54,334 nucleotides of DNA from Macrostomum lignano. Lineage: Eukaryota. The translations under genes were made by a program, and so were the position numbers. Under the pieces are notes generated by a model, which saw nothing but the letters and a program-made list of their open reading frames with translations, searched no databases and was not told the origin of the DNA. Below are positions 1 through 14,231 of the stretch, piece after piece. Each line of letters opens with the position of its first letter. Within the stretch, counting starts at the first letter, position 1. The stretch spans positions 1 to 54,334 of the forward strand of contig NIVC01002339.1 in the NCBI GenBank assembly GCA_002269645.1. The letters run 5' to 3'.

Positions 1-474
1 TTGTTTTGAAAATGTCCCACGCTTTTTTGGCCACTTTGGTGCCCAAGCCTTCGGCATTTGCCATCGGGCAGGCGCTGAGTGCCAGCGCGAAAACGAGAAG
101 CTGGGCGCCTTGCATCCTTTTGAACGAACGCGACTTGTGTTATCGCTATCAACCACTGGCGCTGTCGATTGAGTCAAATACAATGCAATAATTAGCTGCT
201 ACCAATATTATAATTACATGTACACGGAAACCATATTATCGAATACTAAGTTATTTTTTTAAACCATTTAACTATTATTTCATTCAGGGCCTCGAGTTGG
301 TAATTTCAGATTCGTCATCGACGCTAGATAGAAAAGCTAGAGATGCAGCAAAAATTCAACTTCATAGAAATAAATGTAATTTCAATTTTGTCGCATGACT
401 TGAAAAAATTTGTGTGACAATGTCACTTAAAGTGCGCCAGGGTGCACACAGCCCCCTGTCTCTAATAAAAGATA

Positions 475-760
475 TACTCAGCAACATTGAAAAGTCACTA
501 CCCTTTGCGCCAGTGGCAGTGTCTTTTGACCAGTGTCTATCACCTGGACAACCATTTTAATATTAAAAAATGCTTTAAAAAACAATGAAAACGGGCGGAA
601 GCTTTAATCCATCCAATCTTCGCCCTCCGCTCTTCCCAATCCCTCCTCACCCAGCCCAACTCTGCGTCGCGTGGCGCAAGTTGCGTCACTCAAAAGTCAA
701 TACTGAGCCAGAATTTACTGCGCTCTCTCAAAGGTGGCGACTTTTTAATGTTGTTGAGTA
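475..760. mobile_element. Tc1/mariner-type MITE
   Basis: Terminal inverted repeats TACTCAGCAACATTGAAAAGTC... / ...GACTTTTTAATGTTGTTGAGTA, TA on both sides (473-474, 761-762). Same termini as 31040-31317 and 33426-34086. Confidence 0.75.
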
Positions 761-880
761 TAGGTCGACTATGCTTACTTGGTAAATTCAACCAAGTACG
801 TGGCATTTGCGATTCTTACTAGCATACTAATACAGAACTTTGTAAAGTCAATAAATGGAAACGTACATCTCAGTATATAA

Positions 881-2138
881 TATAGCTTCTGTCGTGCTAT
901 ACGGAACAGCGGGCATGCAAAACGGAACGGTCCATTAGAACTCTATGGCCAAGCGGTTGAATTAACTTACAAAAGTTACAAAAGCAAGTCATAAGATAAG
1001 CCGATTTGTCTTGCAATATGGAACGGTGAGCCAGAATAGAATAAATGATTTGAGTTCTATTTAATCAACTTTGCCTGTTCGCCTTGCCTATGTCCCTAGT
1101 GTTAAGCTCGCGGAGATTATTGGTAGCGTTAACTCGCCACCATAGACAAACTTAAAATTGATAGTAAAACAAGAACACGTATATTTATTGAACGTTAAAA
1201 CGGTAAACAAGCGTTTAGTCAGTTATAGTTGTTTTAGTTCGTTAGTCTACAACTTTTTATTGCTATCACTATTGCATCTTGTTTGTCGGGGAACTGAAAT
1301 TGATCGTGGTTGGCCCGTAGAAGTTTAGTACAGGGGCGGACCATTGTTGACTTAGAGCCAAAGCCTGCGGTCCGGAAATATTGTAAATATTGAGGCTTCG
1401 CCTCGGAGATTCTGCATAGAGTATCTCCTCGTTTCAGTGGTTTATTACACATTTAAAGAAAGAATAAAAACTGAATCAATAAAGCATATTTTGTCACAGA
1501 TTGAAAGCATCAAAATTTACAAAAATTAACTCTCAAAACTGATGTCGCTGCAGAGACAATTCAAACAATCTGTTGCAGGGCAGCTCCAACCCAGCGCACT
1601 TTCCAGCAGTGATTGCGTGGCCCAACGGCTTCAGCCGCCTCTCTCTCGATTTTTAACATGAATCTCAACTGCTTAAGTGCCATGCACTGCTTCAGGATTC
1701 GTGTTGAAGTTCTGTTCCGATGGTTCTCAGGGATCTCCGTACGCTACGATAGAAATTCGGGCCATACATAAAATTAAAAACTACCCAGTTTCGCTTAGGG
1801 TCCAGTTGTTGGCAGCTGTCTGCTAAGTGGTGTCTGCTAGTGCTAATTAAGTGGCAGCTTCCAACCTGCGCCGTCTTGTCTTTTAGAATGTTGACCAAAT
1901 GCGGTGAACAGAAAAATTGGATACTCCTAACAACACTGTCACAACCCTTCATCGACAGTCCACGGTGCAAGGCGGCGACGATGCGCTGCAGATCGCGTAC
2001 CGTTCCATATTGCATGAAAAATCTGGTTATCTATATATGGTTTGCTTTTGTAAGTTAATTCAACCGCTTGGCCATGAATTCTTATGGACCGTTCCGTTTT
2101 GCATGCCCACTGCTCCACATAGCAGGACAAAAGCAATA
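881..2138. repeat. Pair of ~140-bp inverted repeat copies (881-1027 and 1999-2138)
   Basis: GGGCATGCAAAACGGAACGGTCCA...GGCCAAGCGGTTGAATTAACTTACAAAAG...GCAATATGGAACGGT at ~916-1027 recurs as its reverse complement at 1999-2138. Confidence 0.75.
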
Positions 2139-2929
2139 CTTGTCATGACTTTTGATTGTCAACGTTAAAAGTTTTTCTTCTCCGATAGAAATCCAAAGTT
2201 AAAAACTGCAGGCATTGCTAATGACGAACTAGCTATCAGAATTAGCAGGTCTGATATAGAGGCTGAATAGAGAACTAATCTAGGGTGATGAGTGTCGAAG
2301 CGAGTCTTGCAAGCACTCGGTGATCGGGCTGAGCTCGAAAACTTCTAGAATAACCCGCGTATCGAACTATTTTTTATGCCAGGTGAATAAATTAAATAAA
2401 ATTATGCTTGTAAATTCCAAATTCCTAAGTATAAAAATTATCAAAAAGAATAACCGAGTGTCTTTACTTACGAGTACCGGTTAGATCGTTTAGTTTTCGG
2501 AAAGAAAATATCTCTCGTCGATAGTGCTGATCCAAATCGCCCAGGAGCAATTGACCGATCGCAGCAGGGTCCAAGTTTATCGACAAAAAATGAAACAGCT
2601 GCAAGCTTTGCATGTGGCTAGCAGAGCACCAACGTGGTGGCCGCGGTGGCATCGGTCAAATTCAAGTGCTGCCCTCTGGTCGTATTGCCGGAAGAAAGGA
2701 ATCTATTTGACTTTAGGGGGAAACGATTCGCAGGTTTCAATCAATCAGTCAATCAATTTTAGTTGTTGATGCAAGTTAGCTAATAATAAACGCGCTCAAC
2801 TATTAGTCAAGGACTACTGAAGTAGAAGGAGTAGTCCTTGGAGTAAATTTGGAGTGAAGGAGTAAATTTCGTTATATCCTAATACTCGTATAACGAAAAG
2901 CTCTATGAGTATCAATACATGTAGAGATA

Positions 2930-4941
<2,012 letters not shown>

Positions 4942-6041
4942 CGTCCATCACCTCACTACAATCTGTCGCCTTCTTTTGCTTTCCATTTAGCTCGTACGTA
5001 GTCATCAAACTTGCCCATAATCATGTCTTTTTTCTTTAAAATCTCCAACAGGAAGATCTTTCTCGCCTCTTGTGAGACCATGTTCGATGTGAGGTGAAAG
5101 ATCAAGACGATGGAGACACCAGTTTATCTTTTTAACTTATTTTTTTAGCTGTGGACATACTTCGGTATGCATGCAGTGAGAAGCGAAATAAATAGTCTAT
5201 GGCAAAACTTGTGTAACAACAGATTGTAACTGCGGATAAAAAGAAAATGATTTTAACAGTGGTTTATAAAATCTATTTTTCTGCCACATAAAATCCACGA
5301 AAAATTAAGTGCAAATCATTGTCTCGGTTCGACTTTCGAATTTCTCTGCACTCGTTGCAGGGCCTGCAATAGGATGCAATACTCAGACAACGTTAGTTTC
5401 CACTTCGAATCCACTGGTCAACTCTTCTCAATTGATCTCGGCCCCAAAGTGACACCGCAGTTCAACTGTGGGTGATGCAATTTACTATAGATGTAAGTCA
5501 TTGGTACACAATGGAATAAATGAATTCAAATCATAGCATATACTATATATTGTGTATATATTTTTCTAGCAATTGTATACACGCCCACTGATGATCGATT
5601 TGGCAAACCATAAAACAGCTCCAACTCACTCGTATAATAAACATATTATATATTTTCAGTGCAGCATACGCTCGTACGTTTAGCTGGCCTTTCTGAATTC
5701 ATAGCTGTTATTGACTCGTAACCAACGAAGTGAATTTATAGCTGACTTAAGCACTATACTATTCTAATTCCTGAGATAGCACATGGGTGTTCTGGACATA
5801 TATTTAAAAACTATATGGCTACTAACAAAACCCAAACAATAGAATTATATAAGGTTTCTATAAGTAAGAAAATGCCAAGTCCAACCAGTAGTTTCCAACA
5901 CCAGCAAACAAGCAGCCAGTAGGAAGATCGATCCGCTCTGCAATATGGTTGAGTTTTATCCGGGGATCTTGCTCTTAAAACTCCTAACACCATAAGGACA
6001 CGGAAGTGAGAAATTTAGGCTCACTTGCAGTGTCATACATT

Positions 6042-7302
6042 GCCAGCTACAGAGGAGCGCCAGCGACAGAGAGGGGCACCAGTTACAGAAGGGGGCACCA
6101 GCTATAGAGGAGGGCGCCAGCTACACTGGAGGGCGCCAGCTACACTGGAGGGCGCCAGCTACAGAGGGTGGCGCCAGCTACACTGGAGAGCGCCAGCTAC
6201 AGATGGCGCCAGCTACAGATGGCGCCAGTTACAGAAGGGGGCACCAGCTACAGAAGGGGCACCAGCTACAGAGGGCACCAGCTACAGAGGGCGCCAGCTA
6301 CACTGGAGGGCGCCAGCTACAGAGGGGGGCGCCAGCTACACTGGAGGGCGCCAGCTACAGAGGGGCGCCAGTTACACTGGAGGGCGCCAGCTACAGAGGG
6401 TGGCGCCAGCTACACTGGAGAGCGCCAGCTACAGATGGCGCCAGCTACAGATGGCGCCAGTTACAGAAGGGGGCACCAGCTACAGAGGGCACCAGCTACA
6501 GAGGGCGCCAGCTACACTGGAGGGCGCCAGCTACAGAGGGGGGCGCCAGCTACACTGGAGGGCGCCAGCTACAGAGGGGCGCCAGTTACAGAAGGGGCAC
6601 CAGCTACAGAGGGGCGCCAGTTACAGAAGGGGGCACCAGCTACAGAGGGGCGCCAGTTACAGAAGGGGGCACCAGCTACAGAGGGGCGCCAGTTACAGAA
6701 GGGGGCACCAGCTACAGAGGGGCGCCAGCTACAGAGGGGGGCGCCAGCTACACTGGAGGGCGCCAGCTACAGAGGGGCGCCAGTTACAGAAGGGGGCACC
6801 AGCTACAGAGGGCACAAGCTACAGAAGGGGGCACCAGCTACAGAAGGGGGCACCAGCTACAGAAGGGGGCACCAGCTACAGAGGGGCGCCAGTTACAGAA
6901 GGGGGCACCAGCTACAGAGGGCGCCAGCTACACTGGAGGGCGCCAGCTACAGAGGGGGGCGCCAGCTACACTGGAGGGCGCCAGCTACAGAGGGGCGCCA
7001 GTTACAGAAGGGGGCACCAGCTACAGAGGGCGCCAGCTACACTGGAGGGCGCCAGCTACAGAGGGGGGCGCCAGCTACACTGGAGGGCGCCAGCTACAGA
7101 GGGGCGCCAGTTACAGAAGGGGGCACCAGCTACAGAGGGGGGCGCCAGCTACACTGGAGGGCGCCAGCTACAGAGGGGCGCCAGTTACAGAAGGGGGCAC
7201 CAGCTACAGAGGGCGCCAGTTACAGAAGGGGGCACCAGCTACAGAGGGGCGCCAGCTACAGAGGGGCGCCAGTTACAGAAGGGGGCACCAGCTACAGAGG
7301 GC
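6042..7302. repeat. GC-rich minisatellite (GGCGCCAGCTACAGAGG / GGCACCAGCTACAGAAGG / CTACACTGGAGG variants)
   Basis: Directly visible tandem array. The three overlapping 369-442 aa ORFs are translations of the repeat. Confidence 0.95.
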
Positions 7303-8506
7303 CTACCCCTAGCACCCGCAAACGAGCAGAGTGCATGTAACCAATTCAGTTGAAAGCCTTCAATCTGACTAATAAGTTAAATCCAGAGTATCTAGTTGCT
7401 AACCGAATCGCAAAAAATAATAAAATTTAATAATTTAGCCATTTTGAAATTTTATTATTCAATAAGAATTACCAGTACAGCATTAATTAGTTAGGTAAAT
7501 TTTGGCTGCCAGGGTTACAAACTGTCTTTCCGGTTGTATTTGAAAATAAAATTTCAACTATTTTAGTATTATAGAAGCCACAGAGATGGTAAACCTAACA
7601 AACCAACCGAGCCGATTTGCTGATGTTTAGCTGGTTTTTACCAACTGCGAAAGGGACTTACTGTACAGCAATTACAAGGAGGAAATTACAGGGTACTATT
7701 GGTAGAGCTACACTACATGAGTTGGGAACAAATGCTAGCGCAGCCCACAGATACTAAAATTAACTAGATGAGCTCAGGCATATATACGCGTACTTAGTAA
7801 AACTGCTTTCTACTTTCAGTTCAGTAGCAAAGAAGAATATATAAGCTATTTTATAAAAATAAAGGCAGCTGAAATGGCTTTGATAAGTTTAGAAGCCCAA
7901 GCTTGCAGGCGTAAACAGCTTGCTAATTGGTTCAGCAATAATGTTCATTAGCCAGTCCACTGAATGTACATGGCCGCTTTAGGCTGGAATTCCGAGAAAG
8001 GCAATAAAATTTGGGGCAGGGCGGGAAGTATTGTGGAAGGCGCGGTTGGAGGGTTTAGGCGGGGGGGGGGGTAAGAGACAATAAATGAGCCTTGGCTTTA
8101 AAAATACATTAAAATACTACTACTAAAATACTACTGAACTGAAAGTAGCTTACACGCAAATGTGCTGACTGGCACATCTTAGTTTTTCTAGTATTAGTGG
8201 CGCAGACCAAATAAAATATTTAATAGTTAAACAGACAACAGAATAGATAAACAATGCACATGTACAGGCGAGTCCATGCGGCACTAATTGTGATAGCGAT
8301 AAGAAAAATGGGACACAAAAACACAATAACTAATTAAGTCATAAACCGCATCATATTGTATACGCTCAATCTAGCTATTTTCACACAGACACGTATTTAA
8401 AAAAATAGTAACTTTTCCCGCTTTCTTCAGCCGATCGGGTTTGACCTTGATTTGTTCTTCCCCGACCAGGCCCAACAGCCATCCGAAAAAAACACACAAA
8501 TTTAAT

Positions 8507-9152
8507 TCACAATCCGCCACGTCGAATCCCGCCGCGCCAGGCGCCGATACCGCCGCCGCGAGGAGGAAACAGCGCCTGCGGCGGCATCAACGGCGGTCGT
8601 AGAATGCCGCTACCAATGCCGCCGCCGCCACCGCCGATGCCACCTCGAAAGAATCCCTGAGGCGGCCTAGGACGAGGCGGAGGAATCGGGGTTCGAACGT
8701 GTTGATGCGGCTGCTGCGGCGGCTGCTGCGGCGGCTGTGTCGACGGCGGCGGCGGCGGCATCGGCAGAAGCGTCGTTCGCTGCGGCGGCTGTTTCGACGC
8801 AGCAACAGCAGCAGTGGGACTAACTATAGCCGGCGGCGGTGCCGGATCAGCAGCCGCTGACGTCGAGGACGTCAACGTCGAAGACACAGTTGGCGGCATC
8901 GGCGGCGGCGGGATGAACGCATGAAAATTCGGCGGCATCATTGGAAGCGGCGGACGTTGCGGCGGCTGCGGTGGAAGTGGCGGCGGTGGCGGCAGGTTCA
9001 AAGCTGGCGCTGCAATGCCGCTCACGGTTGGCGGCAGCGGGGCGGTGGCGGTGGCGGAGCCAGCGGCTGATCGGCGGCATCGGGCGGATCCGGATCGCGG
9101 AGCAGATCGATGAGTTCAATCGGCACGCTGTCCTGATCGATGAACGCGCCGC
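8507..9152 (-). CDS. SCAF4/SCAF8: SCAF4/SCAF8-like RNA Pol II CTD-associated factor, coding exon 5 (Pro-rich/RGG tail; one apparent 1-nt frameshift near 9040)
   Basis: Acceptor TTCCAG|GC at 9153/9152. Phase 1 joins exon 4 to give QGGAFIDQDSV (SCAF EGGxIDxxT-like). The Pro-rich frame ends at the 8507 stop after a shift in a C-run. Confidence 0.75.
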
Positions 9153-9292
9153 CTGGAATAGATAGATTGTGCTATAAATTGCACTCCTAAATTACTACTG
9201 ACACAAGTAGGCTGTCCAGCCCGCGACTTTTCATTTAACATTATATTATTTAAATAATAATAAAAATATAATAACTGGTTACACCTGCCCTA

Positions 9293-9483
9293 ATTGGGCC
9301 AGATGTGCAACCGACAGCTCAGCCGCAGCTATTGCGCGGCGCATCTGAAGGCTGCGTACGGCTGTTCAGTCCAAGGACTGGGGGAAGGGGGTCGCTACAC
9401 CCCCAAATTATTCCGAGTAGTTTAAGAATCGAACCCCCGACCTTTCAGTTGAGTCCGATGCTCTAACCACCAGGCTACAACCC
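9293..9483 (-). mobile_element. tRNA-derived SINE, internally deleted relative of 27971-28264
   Basis: Minus-strand head GTAGCCTGGTGGTTAGAGCATCGGAC...GGTTCGATT (A/B boxes). Body matches 27991-28090; CORE segment absent. Confidence 0.7.
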
Positions 9484-9719
9484 GCCTTTTCTTATCTTGC
9501 GAATCAGTAAAACTTCGATACACTACGAGGACCAACCCCCAAGGCAAAAGGGTGTGTGCACTGCTTCACGTTGATGAGAAAGTCAAGGCTCTGCTGTACA
9601 TCTTGTGTTCATGCTTAACGGATCAGCAAAAATGATGCACACTGAAGTTGGTACTGACATAAGTAGGCTGCCTCCTCGCTAGCTTGCGTTGAGCACCAAA
9701 CCAGTGACTTAGCAAGGAT

Positions 9720-10397
9720 TTTAGCACTAATTTAGTACCATAGACAAGCCTTTAGCGATAATTTACTGCCATAGACAAGCTTTTAGCGATAATTTATTGC
9801 CATAGACAAGCCTTTAGCGCTAATTTTTTGCTATAGACAAGCCTTTAGCGATAATTTATTGCCATAGACAAGCCTTTAGCGCTAATTTATTGCCATAGAC
9901 AAGCCTTTAGCGCTAATTTTTTGCCATAGACAAGCCTTTAGCGATAATTTATTGCCATAGACAAGCCTTTAGCGATAATTTACTGCCATAGACAAGCCTT
10001 TAGCGATAATTTACTACCATAGACAAGCCTTTAGCGATAATTTACTACCATAGACAAGCCTTTAGCGATAATTTACTGCCATAGACAAGCCTTTAGCGAT
10101 AATTTACTACCATAGACAAGCCTTTAGCGATAATTTACTACCATAGACAAGCTTTAGCGATAATTTACTGCCATAGACAAGCTTTAGCGATAATTTACTG
10201 CCATAGACAAGCCTTTAGCGATAATTTACTGCCATAGACAAGCCTTTAGCGCTAATTTATTGCCATAGACAAGCCTTTAGCGCTAATTTATTGCCATAGA
10301 CAAGCCTTTAGCGATAATTTATTGCCATAGACAAGCCTTTAGCGCTAATTTATTGCCATAGACAAGACTTTACCGCTAATTTATCGCCATAGACAAG
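9720..10397. repeat. 31-bp minisatellite (CATAGACAAGCCTTTAGCGATAATTTACTGC) in SCAF intron 4
   Basis: About 20 tandem copies visible. Confidence 0.95.
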
Positions 10398-10526
10398 ACA
10401 AGACAACACTGTTAAAGTGTTGAGCTAAAAATTAGGATTCAAATTTTTTTCATGTTCGGCGGTCTTGACGGGTCCTGATCTTAATGACATCCCTTTATTA
10501 CGAACTAAAATATCAATTGTACTCAC

Positions 10527-11676
10527 CTTGCAGCAGTTCGCGCCAAGACTGGTCCCTAGGAAACTTTTCGTACGGTATATAAGTGCAGCCCTCCTCTTCG
10601 TCCCAGTACTCTTTCAATTCGGAGTCTTTAATGCCTTTATTTGGCGCCCAAGCGACTCGCAGGCTGGCGCCGTCCAGACGAGTGCTTCGCAGCTTATCAA
10701 TAGCCTTGGCCGCGTGCTTTCGCTTGGAATAGACTACAAATCCGCAGCCGCGGGAAGAGATGAGCACAAGCGCTTGCACTTGTCCGTATTCCTCTAGCAA
10801 AGAGCGGAGCCGAGCCTCCGTGGTGGATTTCTGCAATTTGCCAATAAAAATGGTGGCGCTAACAATCGATAGGCGACCATTGCGTAACCGGGGCAACGAT
10901 TTACGCTTGCGCTCTTTTCTGCGACGCTCCGAGCTCTCGCCGCGACCGCCGCCGCTGTGACTTCGGCGACGTCGTCTAGACGATGTTGTTGCTGTTGCTG
11001 GAGATCTCGCCGGATGGCGAGTGCTGTGATGACTGTGTCCGTGACTGTGCCCGTGACGACTGCGATCGGCTCCGGTCTCTTCTACTGCCGCGCTGCCCTC
11101 GGGCGCACTGTTATCAATACCGTAGTCATTATAGTTGCTAAGCTTATTAATAGAGGAAGCAGCAGGCACAGCTGCTTTGGCTAACGCCTCTTCGTCAATT
11201 TCGCCTTCTTCGTAGGACAGCCGCTGCCGAGCTGTCTGCTGCTGCTGGTAGAACTGCTCCTCGTGTTGCTGCTGCTGCTGCTGCTCAGCTTCTTCCAGCT
11301 GCTGCTGCATCATAGCCGACTGCAGCTGCTCTTGCAGCACTCGAGTCTGCTCCAGCATATCCGTCATCTGTTGCAGCTGGTCAAGAAAGTTCTGATCAAC
11401 ACCGCCGCTGGTTGCTGGATAAGCGGCATTCAATTTGGACCTCTGCTGCCTCTGCAGTCCGTTGCTGCCCGCGTTGTCGTCCGAGTCCGACTCGTCTCCG
11501 TAGTCGTAAGCTACCACATCCTTGGCTCGTTGGGCCTCCTGGTCGCGTTCAAAGGCAGCCCGAGCGGTCTTGGTTAGCTCCTTCAGCAAGACCTGCAGCT
11601 GGGCCAGGATCTCCGGGTCGATCATCTGCTGCTGGCTGAGCATGCTGCTCTGCTGAAGAATCTTTTCCTGCAGACT
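10527..11676 (-). CDS. SCAF4/SCAF8: SCAF4/SCAF8-like, coding exon 4 (Q-rich, RS-like, RRM)
   Basis: RRM SATIFIGKL...RGCGFVVY...LRVAWAPNKGIK...YWDEEEGCTYIPY matches the SCAF4/8 RRM pattern (AWALNKG..., YWD...GVTYIPW). Acceptor CGCAG at 11677, donor G|GTGAGT at 10526. Confidence 0.9.
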
Positions 11677-11722
11677 CTGCGATAGGAATTTTTAAAAATA
11701 GACGTTTAGCCTCACTCTGTGG

Positions 11723-12280
11723 ATATGGAGCTCTAGATGCAGCTCTATAGATATGGAGCTCTAGATGCAGCTCTATAGATATGGAGCTCTAGATGCAGCT
11801 CTATAGATATGGAGCTCTAGATGCAGCTCTATAGATATGGAGCTCTAGATGCAGCTCTATAGATATGGAGCTCTAGATGCAGCTCTATAGATATGGAGCT
11901 CTAGATGCAGCTCTATAGATATGGAGCTCTAGATGCAGCTCTATAGATATGGAGCTCTAGATGAAGCTCTATAGACATGGAGCTCTAGATGCAGCTCTAT
12001 AGATATGGAGCTCTAGATGCAGCTCTATAGATATGGAGCTCTAGATGCGGCTATCAATAGATATGGAGCTCTAGATGCGGCTCTATAGATATGGAGCTCT
12101 AGATGCGGCTATCAATAGATATGGAGCTCTAGATGCGGCTCTATAGATATGGAGCTCTAGATGCGGCTATCAATAGATATGGAGCTCTAGATGCAGCTCT
12201 ATAGATATGGAGCTCTAGATGCGGCTCTATAGATATGGAACTCTAGATGCAGCTCTATAGATATGGAGCTCTAGATGCAG
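11723..12280. repeat. 28-bp minisatellite (ATATGGAGCTCTAGATGCAGCTCTATAG) in SCAF intron 3
   Basis: About 20 tandem copies visible. Confidence 0.95.
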
Positions 12281-12368
12281 TATTTGAAAGGAAAGTAATA
12301 GAGATAAAACAAACTGCAAATAGCTAGCTACAAAGACTTGGATGAAAACTTTGGATCAGGACATTCAC

Positions 12369-12788
12369 CTGCAGCTGATTGATCTGGTCGCGAACATCAT
12401 CGCTGTCCTGAAATTTCTGTAACAGTTCGGCTACAGAGCTGATAATACCACCCTGTGGCATTGCAATCGAGGCCTGTTCAGCAGCAGAGGGCTCGTTGCT
12501 ATTGTCGCCAACGTAGTCGAATTCGCCGTCGCCGACAGGCATGGTTTCCATAGCAACGCCAGCGCCAATCGGATTGTCGTTGTTGTCAACGAAATCTTGG
12601 CTACTATGCTGACGCTGCCTGTGCCCGTGATGATGACCGTGGTGATGATGCGGTCGCTTCAATCGACGAGCTGAGTTGCCGCCGCTTGAGCTGGCAGTGG
12701 CCTGGTTGTTGATGGCCACAGACACCTGGGCCTGAGCCAGAGCCAGCAGGTTGGCGTCCTCGGGATTGTCAGCCAGACTGAGCAGCGA
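12369..12788 (-). CDS. SCAF4/SCAF8: SCAF4/SCAF8-like, coding exon 3
   Basis: Acceptor TTTAG|TCG, donor CAG|GTGAAT; 420 nt, phase 0. Begins SLLSLADN, continuing the CID C-terminus (IIQ-PLLDMA-like). Confidence 0.8.
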
Positions 12789-12870
12789 CTAAACGGCAAG
12801 TGTAAACAATTGGACCGGTTAGATTAGCATCTGTACTGCGCATAAAAATTAGAATGGGTCACATAGATGA

Positions 12871-13787
12871 CCATGGAACAGCCCTCAGTTTCAGAGGCCC
12901 ATGGAACAGCCCTCAGTTTCAGAAGCCCATGGAACAGCCCTCAGTTTCAGAAGCCCATGGAACAGCCCTCAGTTTCAGAAGCCCATGGAACAGCCCTCAG
13001 TTTCAGAAGCCCATGGAACAGCCCTCAGTTTCAGAAGCCCATGGAATAGCCCTCAGTTTCAGAGGCCCATGGAACAGCCCTCAGTTTCAGAAGCCCATGG
13101 AATAGCCCTCAGTTTCAGAGGCCCATGGAACAGCCCTCAGTTTCAGAGGCCCATGGAACAGCCCTCAGTTTCAGAAGCCCATGGAACAGCCCTCAGTTTC
13201 AGAAGCCCATGGAACAGCCCTCAGTTTCAGAGGCCCATGGAACAGCCCTCAGTTTCAGAATAGCCCTCAGTTTCAGAGGCCCATGGAACAGCCCTCAGTT
13301 TCAGAAGCCCATGGAACAGCCCTCAGTTTCAGAAGCCCATGGAACAGCCCTCAGTTTCAGAAGCCCATGGAATAGCCCTCAGTTTCAGAGGCCCATGGAA
13401 CAGCCCTCAGTTTCAGAAGCCCATGGAACAGCCCTCAGTTTCAGAAGCCCATGGAATAGCCCTCAGTTTCAGAAGCCCATGGAACAGCCCTCAGTTTCAG
13501 AGGACCATGGAACAGCCCTCAGTTTCAGAGGCCCATGGAACAGCCCTCAGTTTCAGAGGACCATGGAACAGCCCTCAGTTTCAGAAGCCCATGGAACAGC
13601 CCTCAGTTTCAGAAGCCCATGGAATAGCCCTCAGTTTCAGAGGCCCATGGAACAGCCCTCAGTTTCAGAGGCCCATGGAACAGCCCTCAGTTTCAGAGGC
13701 CCATGGAACAGCCCTCAGTTTCAGAGGACCATGGAACAGCCCTCAGTTTCAGAGGACCATGGAACAGCCCTCAGTTTTAAAGGACCC
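12871..13787. repeat. 28-bp minisatellite (CCATGGAACAGCCCTCAGTTTCAGAAGC) in SCAF intron 2
   Basis: About 30 tandem copies. The ORFs predicted here are repeat artefacts. Confidence 0.95.
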
Positions 13788-13874
13788 TGAAAAAGGCCAA
13801 ACATTTCAAAGGACCCTGGAATTCCATAGATTAACCCAAAATAAATCCCACCTAGAATTGTCCCAATTAATTAC

Positions 13875-14231
13875 CTGAATAACTTCCGGCGGAAAAGTCT
13901 CATTTTTCAGCCACAAATTCAATACCCGAACAACCAGCGGTCGGTCTTTTTCGTCGCAACGAAACAGCTGTTGAAATGTGGGCAGCAGATTCTTTAGAAA
14001 TCTTGGCGCAAACACGTCTCTCTCTGCGCCGTACTGATGCCGGCTCTGCCGTATGATGGCGTCCATGACGTACAGGCCGGGAACTTTGTAGTCTGGCGAG
14101 CACTTTTGAATGAACTTTTCAACGCTTTGCACAATGTGCTTGTAGAATTTGATGCCCCGTATAGCCGATTTAGTGATCATGGACATTTTTTGCCGCGACA
14201 CTGGTGGCCGGTGATCCAGTAGGCTTTTCAT
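13875..14231 (-). CDS. SCAF4/SCAF8: SCAF4/SCAF8-like, coding exon 2 (CTD-interacting domain)
   Basis: IKFYKHIVQSVEKFIQKC..YKVPGLYVMDAIIRQSRHQYG.ERDVFAPRF...VRVLNLW is the SCAF4/8 CID. Acceptor CCTAG|ATG, donor CAG|GTAATT; 357 nt. Confidence 0.95.

Noticed and set aside
6025-7353. Three long overlapping ORFs (369-442 aa)
   Set aside because: They are translations of a minisatellite whose units lack stop codons on this strand.
12854-13878. Repetitive ORFs, and a CRISPR-like look of the 28-31-bp arrays
   Set aside because: Head-to-tail units with no unique spacers, inside spliceosomal introns, and no cas genes.
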